Assembly (NCBI RefSeq): GCF_056746865.1
Contig: NZ_CM163382.1
Strand: one strand, 5' to 3'
Length of the DNA: 64,000 nucleotides
Each line of letters begins with the position of its first letter. Positions within the stretch are counted from its first letter, which is position 1. Below, in pieces: positions 43,175-53,746 of the stretch. The translations under genes and the position numbers were made by a program. The notes under the pieces were generated by a model. It was not told the DNA's origin and made no database searches. It was given only the letters and a program-made list of their open reading frames with translations.

Positions 43175-44143
43175 TCAAACCATCCATTTCTTCATTTTTT
43201 TTTTGAACCAAGAACCAGTAGGAATAGGTTCAACTGCTGATAACTCAGTCAACTTCACACTTAATCGTTCCATTTCAGCTTTTACTTGTCCTGAGAATGC
43301 GGCAGCGAGAAGGCACTCTTCATCATTACGATCATGTGCCTTGAAATAATCTTTATGCTTCACTCGATTAGCAGTAGCAGCACTACCACGCAGATGCTTG
43401 CCCAACAAGAATTCCTCAAGTGATTTAACTGCATAGTGATTTACCCTGACACCGCTCCAAATCACTTCAGCACTAACTCCTTTACCATGCCTCGGGTGCA
43501 GAATCAAATCACGACCTAACACATCAATATATCGACCATAACGCAAATCAGCATAATGCGGATTATGAAAGCGGTTAACTCGTTCTGGTTTGACCACACT
43601 TTTGAAGTTATGATGAACGTTAAAGGGTTGCGGGGCACGATAGGTAAAACGTTCAATAACCAACCCCTCTTCAGCAAACAGTTCACCACTAGAACCAAAA
43701 TTTGCCCAATTCAATGCAATAGCGCTGACACTCTCATCCTGAAACTTTTCAGAAAAAAAATCTGACAATTTGGTATCCGATTCAAGTGGCAATAAAAATT
43801 CATCAGCATCTATAAATGCAAGCAGGTCTATGTCTCTGGGACAGCTACGTAAAATATGTTCATATGCAGGTAATTGTGGCTTTTGATTCACCAAAATCGG
43901 TTGATCGAACATCTTCACAATACCTAAGCGAGCGAGGGACAATAGCAACTCTCGACTACCATCACGACTACCATTATCTGCAATAATAAACCCATCAACA
44001 CCTAATACTCGATGGTAAGCAATCCATTCAAGTAAACTTGAATACTCATCCTTGATAATAGCGGCTATATAGAGTTTCAAATTATCATCCAGCAAAAATG
44101 TATCAATGCCGATACTATCGGCATTGATACTCAATTTTATCAT
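43175..44143 (-). CDS. putative glycosyltransferase (GT-A-like), paralog of the N-terminal domain of 47216..48445
   Basis: 322 aa; …AAIIKDEYSSLLEWIAYHRVLGVDGFIIADNGSRDGS…AFIDADEFLLP… parallels …AILKNEYPFIVEWIAYHMALGINDIYIADNISSDGS…AFIDADEFISP…. Confidence 0.5.
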   Translation of the reverse strand: MIKLSINADSIGIDTFLLDDNLKLYIAAIIKDEYSSLLEWIAYHRVLGVDGFIIADNGSRDGSRELLLSLARLGIVKMFDQPILVNQKPQLPAYEHILRSCPRDIDLLAFIDADEFLLPLESDTKLSDFFSEKFQDESVSAIALNWANFGSSGELFAEEGLVIERFTYRAPQPFNVHHNFKSVVKPERVNRFHNPHYADLRYGRYIDVLGRDLILHPRHGKGVSAEVIWSGVRVNHYAVKSLEEFLLGKHLRGSAATANRVKHKDYFKAHDRNDEECLLAAAFSGQVKAEMERLSVKLTELSAVEPIPTGSWFKKKMKKWMV

Positions 44144-44586
44144 CAGGCAGGAGAAAAAAATAACCCGTCCAACCAGGTGATCACCCCATCTGATTCCAGC
44201 CCAATAATTATTTTGGTAGAAAATGGAATACTGATATCAAATCCGCACCGAAGTTTTTGATGTTTTTCAGGTGGTTGTTTTAGTATAGCTGAAATAACAT
44301 CAGGCCGCTTTGTATTGAAAGGAAAACTGTATGTCATATGATCAATTTTAACAGCAACATGGGAATCTGCTTCCCCTTCAGCCACTAACCACCCCCGAAG
44401 TACAATCCGGCCATTGACGATCTTTAGTGGTTGTTGTTCTGATGGCGAATCAATATTCCAATATAATTGACCGCCAGACTTGACGAGTGGCGATTTTGTG
44501 AGGGTATAAATAACAGCCATACGATTCCTTCTATTTGAAATATTGCTCAAATAACTCAGACTATCTCCAGATTGCCTTTCAAGCAA
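44143..44586 (-). CDS. small protein carrying the recurring ~100-aa region-2 module
   Basis: 147-aa ORF (start may be the internal MAVIYTL…); shares the G-W…RPDV…CGF pattern with the C-terminus of 47216..48445 and the N-terminus of 45929..47209. Confidence 0.4.
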   Translation of the reverse strand: MLERQSGDSLSYLSNISNRRNRMAVIYTLTKSPLVKSGGQLYWNIDSPSEQQPLKIVNGRIVLRGWLVAEGEADSHVAVKIDHMTYSFPFNTKRPDVISAILKQPPEKHQKLRCGFDISIPFSTKIIIGLESDGVITWLDGLFFSPA

Positions 44587-44713
44587 GATAATCCCAAGTT
44601 TTTATGGGATATACATAACTATGGATACAACCAAGAAAAATGATTTTGCCTCAATGGAAGAAATTACGGTAATAGAATTCCATTATCCCATTTACAATCC
44701 ACTGCTACGTTAT

Positions 44714-45910
44714 TTAATCAGCCCCAAAAAGATCTCTGGTATAAACCTTTTCGGCTACATCGACTAATTCAGCAGCCATGCGATTACAGAGAATAACATC
44801 GCTCAGCGCTTTAAACTCAGCCAGTTCCCGAATCACTCGGGAATTGAAGAATGTATCTTCATGAATAGTCGGTTCAAAGACCACTACCTCAATACCCTTG
44901 GCCTTAATACGCTTCATGACTCCCTGTATCGCAGAAGAGCGGAAATTATCTGAGCCAGCCTTCATCACCAAACGATGGATGCCCACCACCTTAGGTTTAC
45001 GACGCAATACGCTATCAGCAATAAAGTCTTTGCGAGTGCAATTAGCATCGACAATGGCGCGGATCAGATTGTTGGGTACCTTGTTGTAGTTGGCCAGCAA
45101 CTGCTTGGTGTCTTTGGGCAGGCAATAGCCACCATAACCAAATGAGGGGTTGTTATAATGGCTACCGATACGCGGATCCAAGCCAACCCCTTCGATAATC
45201 TGACGACTGTCCAAGTCATGCGACTGAGCATAGGTGTCCAACTCATTGAAATAGGCCACCCGCATTGCCAGATACGTATTAGCAAACAACTTGATGGCCT
45301 CCGCCTCGGTGCTGCCCGTTAGCAGTACCGGAATGTTCTGCTTGATCGCCCCTTCTTGCAACAATTCAGCAAATCGTTTGGCCCGCTCACTACGCTCACC
45401 CACCACAATACGGGAAGGGTATAGGTTGTCATACAGCGCCTTGCCCTCACGCAAGAACTCGGGAGAGAAGATCAGATTATCGGTGCCTAACTCACTACGC
45501 AGCCGCTCGGTAAAGCCTACCGGAATGGTAGACTTGATCACCATCACTGCATTAGGGTTGATACTGATCACATCGCGAATCACCCACTCGACTGAGTCGG
45601 TGTTAAAGTAGTTGGTCTCGGGATCATAATCGGTGGGGGTAGCAATAATCACAAATTCGGCCGCCTCATACGCCTCGAATTTATTCAGCGTCGCCTTAAG
45701 GTTCAGATGATTGTTGGCCAGATAGGCCTCCAGCTCTTTATCTGCAATGGGGGATTGACGGCGATTAATCAGTTCGACTTTCTCTGGTAATATATCCAGT
45801 GCAATTACCTGATGATGTTGAGCTAATAGCACTGCAATAGAAAGACCTACATAACCAGTTCCAGCTATAGCTATTTTCATGTTATAAAATACCTGCTCAA
45901 TTAAGTTCAC
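44714..45910 (-). CDS. ugd: UDP-glucose 6-dehydrogenase
   Basis: 398 aa; [21 protein letters not shown]… NAD-binding motif and catalytic …GGYCLPKD…. Confidence 0.85.
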   Translation of the reverse strand: MNLIEQVFYNMKIAIAGTGYVGLSIAVLLAQHHQVIALDILPEKVELINRRQSPIADKELEAYLANNHLNLKATLNKFEAYEAAEFVIIATPTDYDPETNYFNTDSVEWVIRDVISINPNAVMVIKSTIPVGFTERLRSELGTDNLIFSPEFLREGKALYDNLYPSRIVVGERSERAKRFAELLQEGAIKQNIPVLLTGSTEAEAIKLFANTYLAMRVAYFNELDTYAQSHDLDSRQIIEGVGLDPRIGSHYNNPSFGYGGYCLPKDTKQLLANYNKVPNNLIRAIVDANCTRKDFIADSVLRRKPKVVGIHRLVMKAGSDNFRSSAIQGVMKRIKAKGIEVVVFEPTIHEDTFFNSRVIRELAEFKALSDVILCNRMAAELVDVAEKVYTRDLFGAD

Positions 45911-45928
45911 ATATATTTTTTACAAGTA

Positions 45929-47209
45929 TTATGAGGGTGCAGATTCAGTATTATATAATTTACTCATTTTTTCATGATAAAATAAAAGCGAAGGGCAAGA
46001 ATTATACTCAAAATTATTAATCTTTTTCTTGTATATTTTTCTAACAATTTCAGAAGTAAAACAGAAATTGTTTTTAGGTGGCTTCACAATAAATCTAGAA
46101 GCGACCTGAATAATTATTTTTGATGGCTTTTCATGAGCCACCACATCAAGATCCACACTCGCACCAGAAAATACATGGATTACTCTTTTATATTTATTTA
46201 CAAAATATGGAAGCATATTTATAGAATAAGAATCACCAAAAAAAACCACGACACTATCATCTATTTTGCGATTATTTTCAAATACTCTCACCCATCCTCT
46301 ATTATTAACCCCGTTATCATAAACAATATAATTATCAATACCAGAGAAATCAGCCTTCAATATATCCTGCGAAATCGGAGGGGTTGTCTTAATTCCTAAA
46401 TCGCCATAACTCCTTTTAATGTAAAAAGGGAAAATAGAATTATCGAGGACCGTGTTGTTTTTATTTAAGATATTATCTATATATTTAGCCACCTGCAATG
46501 CAGCAAAATCAGACCAGTGCGTATCAACTTTAGAATATGAGCTATCACCGATATCTCTTAATATATCTAAAGGATAAACTATATCAGTACAAATGGAGAG
46601 TAACTGTTCAACTGGTGTCTCTGGCGATTTTTTAAACGGATAGTATGATGACAATACATTCTCTTTGGCTGGAGCCAAACAAAAAACATATTCAATCCGT
46701 TGATCATTCATATATTTCCGAATAAAATCTAGATAGTTCTTCCAAACAGAAATATCATCATTTGTAATTTTTTTAATTCCAATAAACTGCTCTTTACTCT
46801 GATTGGTATCATGATCCAAGAATAAATACCCATTGTGTCCAAAAAGCACTTTTTGAGGAGGAGTTATATCTACTCTCGCTATTACATAATCAACATTATT
46901 AATAGTTGTTCCAATACTAAACGACTCCAAACTAGTAATAGCATAACTAAAACCACACATAGTATCACTAACATTTCCATTGAAATGTCTTACTACGTCT
47001 AATCTGGGTGTATTATAGTCAAGAATTAATTTCTCTCCATTCTTAACTATATATATATTATTCTGACAACCTTTATAGAGTAGCCATCCCGATAAATGAA
47101 TCGCAGAGCAATTTGACTTAAAATAACTACATGTCCGAGGACTATCAATTGAAAACTTGAGCCCGGTAATATCTGGTCTTATAACAGATAGTTTGATATC
47201 ATATTTCAT
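45929..47209 (-). CDS. hypothetical protein with recurring N-terminal module and possible SGNH/GDSL-type esterase or O-acyltransferase region
   Basis: 426 aa, very AT-rich; …VVVFFGDSYSINM… resembles a GDS(L) block. Confidence 0.4.
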   Translation of the reverse strand: MKYDIKLSVIRPDITGLKFSIDSPRTCSYFKSNCSAIHLSGWLLYKGCQNNIYIVKNGEKLILDYNTPRLDVVRHFNGNVSDTMCGFSYAITSLESFSIGTTINNVDYVIARVDITPPQKVLFGHNGYLFLDHDTNQSKEQFIGIKKITNDDISVWKNYLDFIRKYMNDQRIEYVFCLAPAKENVLSSYYPFKKSPETPVEQLLSICTDIVYPLDILRDIGDSSYSKVDTHWSDFAALQVAKYIDNILNKNNTVLDNSIFPFYIKRSYGDLGIKTTPPISQDILKADFSGIDNYIVYDNGVNNRGWVRVFENNRKIDDSVVVFFGDSYSINMLPYFVNKYKRVIHVFSGASVDLDVVAHEKPSKIIIQVASRFIVKPPKNNFCFTSEIVRKIYKKKINNFEYNSCPSLLFYHEKMSKLYNTESAPS

Positions 47210-47215
47210 TAAATT

Positions 47216-48445
47216 TTAAACCAATTTTGAAACTAATTCTTCATTGAGTGGAAATTCTAAACTAACTAATCCAGCCTGATTTAAAGTATATATCTGAACG
47301 CTTGAGATAAGTTGTGTAGGAAGCGACAACGAACATATAAACCCGCACCCAATTCCATTACCAATCCCAGCTTTTTCTACATCAGGCCGATCATAAAATG
47401 ATAGTGAGTCTGGGCGTATTAAAAAAGAGTTATTTATAACCATTACAATACTACTACATGGTTTTTTATCATTATCTACTGCCCAACCTTTTAGAACTAT
47501 AGCACGTCCATCTTTTTTAATTGTATCAATAAATCCAACCCCCATACTTTTAGTAGTCTTATAAAGTGGTTCACTTCTGCTTTCTATGAGCGGCTGATAT
47601 CCACAATCAAGCAATTTCTCATTAATGGTTGCGATTTGACATTTTACTTTTCTCAGAAACCATAATGGAATATGTTGCTCAATATTATTCAAATCATGAT
47701 TTTTAAAAAATTGCAGATTTCTACCGAGACTATTTTTTAGTGTTGTAGCTCTACCTCGAGCGACCTTTTTATTCAAGAATTCAGCCTTTGACTTAATTAC
47801 ATAATGATTAAGTCTGATAACTGACCAGTCAATCACCTCACTTATTCCATCATAACTATGATGTTCTTCTCCACTTGGCATAACAAATTTCTTATCTGAA
47901 TTAATAATAAAAGCATGGGGTGTTGGTCCTGCTTTGATAACATCAGAAACACGAACTATTGACTTATAATGCCTATTAACAGGATGCAGATCAGCAGCTC
48001 TCTTAACGAATCGTTCTATAACAAGACCGTCATCAGGTAAAATTGAATGAGATGAGCCATATACAGCCCAGTTGAGTGATATTGCACCAATCGCCTGATC
48101 ATTTAATAGCGGCATCAGTTTGTTTAAACCATCTTCATAGTCATTTGGTGAAATAAATTCATCTGCATCAATAAATGCAACCCATCTATCTTTATCAAGC
48201 ATTGACAATATTTTATTGTACGCCCCCAATTGTGGGGGAATACCATCTTGTGTCGGATAGTCAATCCTTTTGATAATATTCGCTTTATCTAGAAAATATA
48301 AAAGCTCACTACTTCCATCACTACTAATATTGTCGGCAATATATATATCATTAATGCCAAGAGCCATATGGTAAGCAATCCACTCAACAATGAATGGGTA
48401 TTCATTTTTTAAAATTGCACCTATTGAAAGCATCGCTGTTATCAC
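47216..48445 (-). CDS. putative glycosyltransferase (GT-A-like) with C-terminal recurring module
   Basis: 409 aa; N-terminal domain paralogous to 43175..44143; C-terminal …IVLKGWAV…RPDV…CGF…. Confidence 0.5.
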   Translation of the reverse strand: MITAMLSIGAILKNEYPFIVEWIAYHMALGINDIYIADNISSDGSSELLYFLDKANIIKRIDYPTQDGIPPQLGAYNKILSMLDKDRWVAFIDADEFISPNDYEDGLNKLMPLLNDQAIGAISLNWAVYGSSHSILPDDGLVIERFVKRAADLHPVNRHYKSIVRVSDVIKAGPTPHAFIINSDKKFVMPSGEEHHSYDGISEVIDWSVIRLNHYVIKSKAEFLNKKVARGRATTLKNSLGRNLQFFKNHDLNNIEQHIPLWFLRKVKCQIATINEKLLDCGYQPLIESRSEPLYKTTKSMGVGFIDTIKKDGRAIVLKGWAVDNDKKPCSSIVMVINNSFLIRPDSLSFYDRPDVEKAGIGNGIGCGFICSLSLPTQLISSVQIYTLNQAGLVSLEFPLNEELVSKLV

Positions 48446-48456
48446 TCTACTTAAAA

Positions 48457-50874
48457 TTAAATGGAGAAGTCTTCTCTATCTTTAGATAGGTTTGGACTGT
48501 AGAAGGGATCGAGTTCGAGATGTTTACCCCATTTGCTTTTCATAAAGTTCACTTCCCTGGCAAATCTGGCTATTTTCTCCGGGGAATCTTCGGCACCTCG
48601 ACTAATTGATTCATAGTGGTAAAGCTCGGCATAAGGCGTCCAGAGATTACGGTACCCCGCTTCGCGTACTTTCAGACAGAAGTCCACATCATTAAAAGCA
48701 ACATGCAAATTCTCTTCATCCAACCCGGCAACTTCCTCATAAATATTTTTGCGAATAAGCAGGCAAGCAGCCGTGACGGCCGAGAGAGTTTGTGTCAACA
48801 ACAAACGGCTGAAATAACCCGGATGATGGCGAGGGTACTGTTTATGAGAGTGTCCCGCTACACCACCAATACCGAGAATAACTCCGCCATGTTGTAAAGT
48901 ATCATTACTGTAATAGAGCTTGGCCCCGACACAACCAATCTCTGGTCGCATGCAGTGACTCACCATCTCGGTCAGCCAATCCGGGTTGATTACCTCGACA
49001 TCATTATTGACCAAGCCGATAATGGCCCCCTTGGCGTGACGAACGCCAAAGTTGTTGATGGCCGAGTAGTTAAAGGGGTGGTCATAGCGCAATACTCTGA
49101 CCCGGCTGTCTTCCTGCTGGATCTGGGCAAAGAAATCGAGAGTCTCCTGCTCCACGCTGCCATTATCGAGAATCAGGATCTCGAAATGGGTATAGGTACT
49201 GCGATCGATGATGCTACGCACCGCAGTTTCGGTTAGAGCACGACGATCCCGAGTAGGAATAAGCAAACTAACCAGTGGGGCTGGTTCTGAAATAGGGTAA
49301 CGTACCCGATAGGTGTTGGGAACCAACCCCGCCTCAACCGTAACCTCAGGTTGCTGCTTAGAAAAATAGTCGCGTAGCGCTTTGATGCCAGCCTCCGTGG
49401 TGTAGCTCTTCTCGCCAGAAGCCAAAGCTGTAGAGCCCTCAATGGTACGCCAGTGGTAAAGCACACGGGGAATGTGAACTATCTGCTCTGCAGCTACATG
49501 AGGCAGACAACGCAGCAGCAGATCCTGATCCTGACTTCCTTCTACTCCCAAACGGAATCCCCCAATCTGTTGCAGCAGAGAGCGACGATAGACCCCGAGA
49601 TGCGAGACATAGTTTTGCGAAAAGAATAAATCTGGATTCCAATCGCTCTTGAAATGAGGATCAAAACGCTCACCGCGGGCATTAATTTTATCTTCGTCAC
49701 TGTAAAGGATCTGGGTATGAGGCTGCTCACAAATAGCCTGAGCCATAAATAGCATAGCATGCTCTGGCAACACATCATCATGATCCAACAGAGCTACGAA
49801 ATCCCCTTTTGCAATTTCGAGAGCACTGTTGGAAGCAGCCGAAATATGACCATTGTGCTTTCGGTAGACAACTTTGATTCGGCTATCCTTGGCCTCGTAT
49901 TCGCGCAGTACGCGTTGCACATGTTCTTTTGGCGAACGATCATCGGCAATACAGAGTTCCCAATGGGGATAGCTTTGAGCCAGGACAGAATCCAGACAGG
50001 CACGCAAGTAGATCTCCGCTGGATTATAAACAGGAATCACAATAGATATAACTGGAGGGTGAGTCATACTGGCAAGCATCAGACTCACCTCTTTGTTGCC
50101 AGGCAACGAAGGTAATTCCACCGTTTCTATCCATTCCTCATAACCGACAGAAAACGGGGTAACGCTGAACGTTTCGTTATAGAATGCCTGCAGGCGCTCT
50201 ATTGACATATCGCCATTGTCCATCAATATGGATTTTTTGATTTTTTCTAGCGGCATGTCACGATAGCTTTGGTGTTCTTTTTGAATGCGAGCCAATAGTG
50301 CAGACTCAACTACTTTCACATCAACAGCTGCTATTTCAAACTGATTAATTGCAAATGTTGCTGCCTGTTCTAATGGATCAAATCGTAATGCAACAAGAGG
50401 CGATTCCAGATAGAACAAACGACTGACGCTGACCGCTCGTTTATATGGCAACGTTACTGTTTCAAACTCATTGAACCCTTTACCTGTATCCAAATATAAC
50501 TTAGCTAATCCTTGCTTTGGTTGGCAATTAATAGAGATATTAAATTGATACCATCCCTTGCTAATATTTGAGAGCTGCTCCAAATCAATAATGAAAAATG
50601 GATCATTTCCCTCTGCAACCCAACTTTGTGAATTATCTATATCTATCGAGAGCTGATTTGTTGCCAGATAGGGCAGCACAACTGTATTTTGCATTTTACT
50701 CACTGCAGGAGAAACGTCCCATGCTTCGCATGGTTTCCTACCGAGTAACATCCCATAACGCTTAAAATGTTCTCTTGCTGACAACCCGGTCTGTTTCACA
50801 TCCAAATAGTTATGCAGATACCAATGTTCATCAAAGTGAGCTAGCAACTCGTCTTGGTGATTTTTAACCATCAC
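48457..50874 (-). CDS. two-domain family 2 glycosyltransferase
   Basis: 805 aa; two GT-A signatures (…ISIVIPVYNPAEIYLRACLDSV… and …VSLLIPTRDRRALTETAVRSI…); N-terminal FDEHWYLHNYLDV… motif shared with the C-terminus of the 909-aa protein. Confidence 0.7.
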   Translation of the reverse strand: MMVKNHQDELLAHFDEHWYLHNYLDVKQTGLSAREHFKRYGMLLGRKPCEAWDVSPAVSKMQNTVVLPYLATNQLSIDIDNSQSWVAEGNDPFFIIDLEQLSNISKGWYQFNISINCQPKQGLAKLYLDTGKGFNEFETVTLPYKRAVSVSRLFYLESPLVALRFDPLEQAATFAINQFEIAAVDVKVVESALLARIQKEHQSYRDMPLEKIKKSILMDNGDMSIERLQAFYNETFSVTPFSVGYEEWIETVELPSLPGNKEVSLMLASMTHPPVISIVIPVYNPAEIYLRACLDSVLAQSYPHWELCIADDRSPKEHVQRVLREYEAKDSRIKVVYRKHNGHISAASNSALEIAKGDFVALLDHDDVLPEHAMLFMAQAICEQPHTQILYSDEDKINARGERFDPHFKSDWNPDLFFSQNYVSHLGVYRRSLLQQIGGFRLGVEGSQDQDLLLRCLPHVAAEQIVHIPRVLYHWRTIEGSTALASGEKSYTTEAGIKALRDYFSKQQPEVTVEAGLVPNTYRVRYPISEPAPLVSLLIPTRDRRALTETAVRSIIDRSTYTHFEILILDNGSVEQETLDFFAQIQQEDSRVRVLRYDHPFNYSAINNFGVRHAKGAIIGLVNNDVEVINPDWLTEMVSHCMRPEIGCVGAKLYYSNDTLQHGGVILGIGGVAGHSHKQYPRHHPGYFSRLLLTQTLSAVTAACLLIRKNIYEEVAGLDEENLHVAFNDVDFCLKVREAGYRNLWTPYAELYHYESISRGAEDSPEKIARFAREVNFMKSKWGKHLELDPFYSPNLSKDREDFSI

Positions 50875-50876
50875 TT

Positions 50877-53606
50877 TTATTCTCCCTTATTGACAGGCAG
50901 GCAACTGCGCTGCTCAAACTTCCCATACATAATGTAATGAAGCAGCGGATTAATGCCTCCTTGGGCCACATCCGGATAGGCTTGCAAATACCAGCGAGTA
51001 TCAAACTGCTCACTAGGGCTATAACCTTTATCCGCCCCCACGCTAATAAAATGCTCAAGAGCTGAGAGCCCAGTGTCTGCAACCTCTGGGTAGCGATGTT
51101 GATACCAGAGTTCATCAAACAATCCTGAAGCGGCAATACGCTCCGCGGCACTCTCTGTAGCTGTTGTTCTGGATGGAGTCTCCTTAAATGTTCTGCCAAG
51201 AGCACGAACTGGGGCTGTAATCTTCCAAGAGACGGTTCTCTTCAAATTCTGAGCGCGTTCTTTTGCTCTATTCAATTGCCGCTCTTTTTGTTTTAACTCA
51301 CAGCTAAGCTGCTCCATATGCCGCGTCATGACTGCCAACTCCTGGAAACGCTCTGCAATATTAGCTTCCAACCTTCCGTTGAGTGTGGTTAGTTCTCTTA
51401 CCTGGTCTTGCAGTACAGACTGCTGGCTCTGCAGCAAGGTTTGTTCCCGGATTAAGGCCTCCTTCTCTTCTTTCCAGGCTTGCTGCTGAGCTCTATATGT
51501 TTCATTGGTCTGTTGTTGTTCACTTGCTGCGCTAAGGAGTGCCTGATCACGTTCTTCCAGCCAACGGGTTAAGGTTGCAATCTCGCTGTACCGCTCATTG
51601 AGCACCGATTCCAACTCATCAAGTTGATGTTGCTTTTCTTTTGCTGCTGAGAGCAATGCAGACTGGGCCTGCTGAAGCGACTCTTGCTCAGCCCTTAACT
51701 GCTGCTCTACGCCAGACAACTTGGTGGTAATCAATTGTTTTTCAATCTCTAGTTCAGTGATAATCTGCTTGTGCTCTTCTAATAGACGTGTTAGAGCTAC
51801 CGTTTCACTAAAACGCTCGGCTAATGCCAAGTCCCGTTCGCTAATCTGTTGCTGATGTGTGGTCTGTTCAACTGCCAGTTGTTGTTGTAATGCTGATAGC
51901 GCCTCTGTGAGTTGCTTATACTCTGCTTGTTGAGCAGCCATTACGTCGCTTTGTGACGCAATATTAGACTCGCGCACTGCTATTAGTTGAGTCAGTTCAT
52001 CACATTGTTTAGAAGCCGCAGCCAAAGCAAGAGTTTGCTCATCTATGCTTTGCTGCAATGTTTGTTGCACAAGTTGCCCTTCTTCCAACTGTTGCTGTAG
52101 ATTTGCACTTACCTTTTTCAGTGCATCATATTCCAAGCCTAACGTATCGTGCTGTGCTTCCAGTAATCCATAAGCATGCTGCAACTGGTTTTTAGTTTGC
52201 TGCTCACCGTCAAGCTGCTGCTGCAATGCATTAGCCTGCTGTTGCAACAAGTTCACCATATTGTCTCGCTCGGCCAGTGTACGAACCTGTGTATCCTGGA
52301 CATGTAGCGCTTGTTCCAACTGAAGCTGTAATTCGGTAATTTGCCGCGAATGTTCGCTCAATGCTCTGTTACTCTTGCTGAGCGCGAGAGTAAGGTGAGA
52401 TGCACGCTGTGTTTCTTCACTCAATTGTAACGTCAGGGTATTGACCTGTTGCTCCAGTTGATGGCGAGCTTGCTCCTGGCTCGTGATGCGACTCTGTTGC
52501 TGCTCTAGTTGATGCAGAGCTGTATGCAACTCATCGTTGGCTTGTATTCGCTCCTGCGACCATACACTCAAGTTTGTTTGGGCCTCATTGAGCTGTTCTT
52601 GCAATAATGCCACCTCAGATGTCAGCGAATTGATATGTTGCTGGGCAAAAGATAGCTCATCAGATTGCACTTGAGCATGTGCAAGCTGCTTTTCCATTTC
52701 TAATATGCTGTTATGTTGTGCAGTAATGCGCTCGGCAAGACGCCCTCTTTCCAATGCCTGCTGTTCTACCAATAGCTGCCGTTCAGCCTGAATGTCATCT
52801 TGTTGTGTAGACAACTGACGTTTTAACAGGGAATTCTCCCAACTCTCGCTACAAGATTTCCCCAAACGACAAAAGATGTCTTGGACTTGTTTGGTTACAC
52901 GAGCATTTTCTGAGATTTTATACAAATTATTAAGTTCTGGAGATTGTTCACACCCCACACCAACTATCCCTAGTCCATGCCCATGAGCGAACTCAAAGTG
53001 TGGATATTGTCGTTTTAATTCATCCAAAAGCTGAAATACGCCAAAACCACGTTCCCTAACATTGGTATCATGCATAATGACCACAGCCCTTTCAGAAAGC
53101 TTTGGCAACCAGCTTTCAAAATCATGGCGTACCGCTTCGAACGTATGCAAACCATCAATATGAAGCAGATCAATGCTACCTTGTGAAAAATGCTCTAACG
53201 CTTGGTCAAATGTACTGCGAATGAGAGTAGAAAAACCTGAATAGTGCTGTTGATTATATTCTGATACTTGCCTGTAAACTTCTTCGCCATACAGCCCCGC
53301 ATGTTCATCTCCCCCCCAGGTATCAACGGCAAAGCAGCATGTTTCTAAATCTAGTTTAGAGACTGCCTGGCAGAATGAGAAATAAGAACTTCCATAATGA
53401 GTTCCCAGCTCAACAATATTTCTTGGCCGCAGTGTGTCAACTAACCAGAAAGCAAAAGGAATATGTTCTAGCCAAGCAGATTGTGCAAGATATGTAGGAC
53501 GCCAAAAAAGAGATGATTTGAAAATGAAATTCAATTCCCCGCCAATATCAGTGATGGGATATAACTCACGATTTTCTACTAACTGACTAATTTTTTGACT
53601 ATCCAT
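50877..53606 (-). CDS. methyltransferase-domain protein with ~550-aa coiled coil and C-terminal repeat motif
   Basis: 909 aa; N-terminal …IVELGTHYGSSYFSF…IDLLHIDGLHTFEAVRHDFESWLPKLSERAVVIMHDT… resembles class I SAM-dependent (Methyltransf_24-like) methyltransferases; residues ~250-800 are Q/E/L-rich heptad-like sequence; C-terminus has two FD..WY…YPDV… repeats. Confidence 0.6.
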   Translation of the reverse strand: MDSQKISQLVENRELYPITDIGGELNFIFKSSLFWRPTYLAQSAWLEHIPFAFWLVDTLRPRNIVELGTHYGSSYFSFCQAVSKLDLETCCFAVDTWGGDEHAGLYGEEVYRQVSEYNQQHYSGFSTLIRSTFDQALEHFSQGSIDLLHIDGLHTFEAVRHDFESWLPKLSERAVVIMHDTNVRERGFGVFQLLDELKRQYPHFEFAHGHGLGIVGVGCEQSPELNNLYKISENARVTKQVQDIFCRLGKSCSESWENSLLKRQLSTQQDDIQAERQLLVEQQALERGRLAERITAQHNSILEMEKQLAHAQVQSDELSFAQQHINSLTSEVALLQEQLNEAQTNLSVWSQERIQANDELHTALHQLEQQQSRITSQEQARHQLEQQVNTLTLQLSEETQRASHLTLALSKSNRALSEHSRQITELQLQLEQALHVQDTQVRTLAERDNMVNLLQQQANALQQQLDGEQQTKNQLQHAYGLLEAQHDTLGLEYDALKKVSANLQQQLEEGQLVQQTLQQSIDEQTLALAAASKQCDELTQLIAVRESNIASQSDVMAAQQAEYKQLTEALSALQQQLAVEQTTHQQQISERDLALAERFSETVALTRLLEEHKQIITELEIEKQLITTKLSGVEQQLRAEQESLQQAQSALLSAAKEKQHQLDELESVLNERYSEIATLTRWLEERDQALLSAASEQQQTNETYRAQQQAWKEEKEALIREQTLLQSQQSVLQDQVRELTTLNGRLEANIAERFQELAVMTRHMEQLSCELKQKERQLNRAKERAQNLKRTVSWKITAPVRALGRTFKETPSRTTATESAAERIAASGLFDELWYQHRYPEVADTGLSALEHFISVGADKGYSPSEQFDTRWYLQAYPDVAQGGINPLLHYIMYGKFEQRSCLPVNKGE

Positions 53607-53746
53607 TGAGGAAAACTCACATGTATTTATAGAATTAAATCAAGAAACCTGAAAATACCTATAGTGCGGTAACTTATTAACTAACATTAAAATATTAACA
53701 ATACACTTGGAAATATTAGTTAAAAATAAATCATTATGATTTCTCA

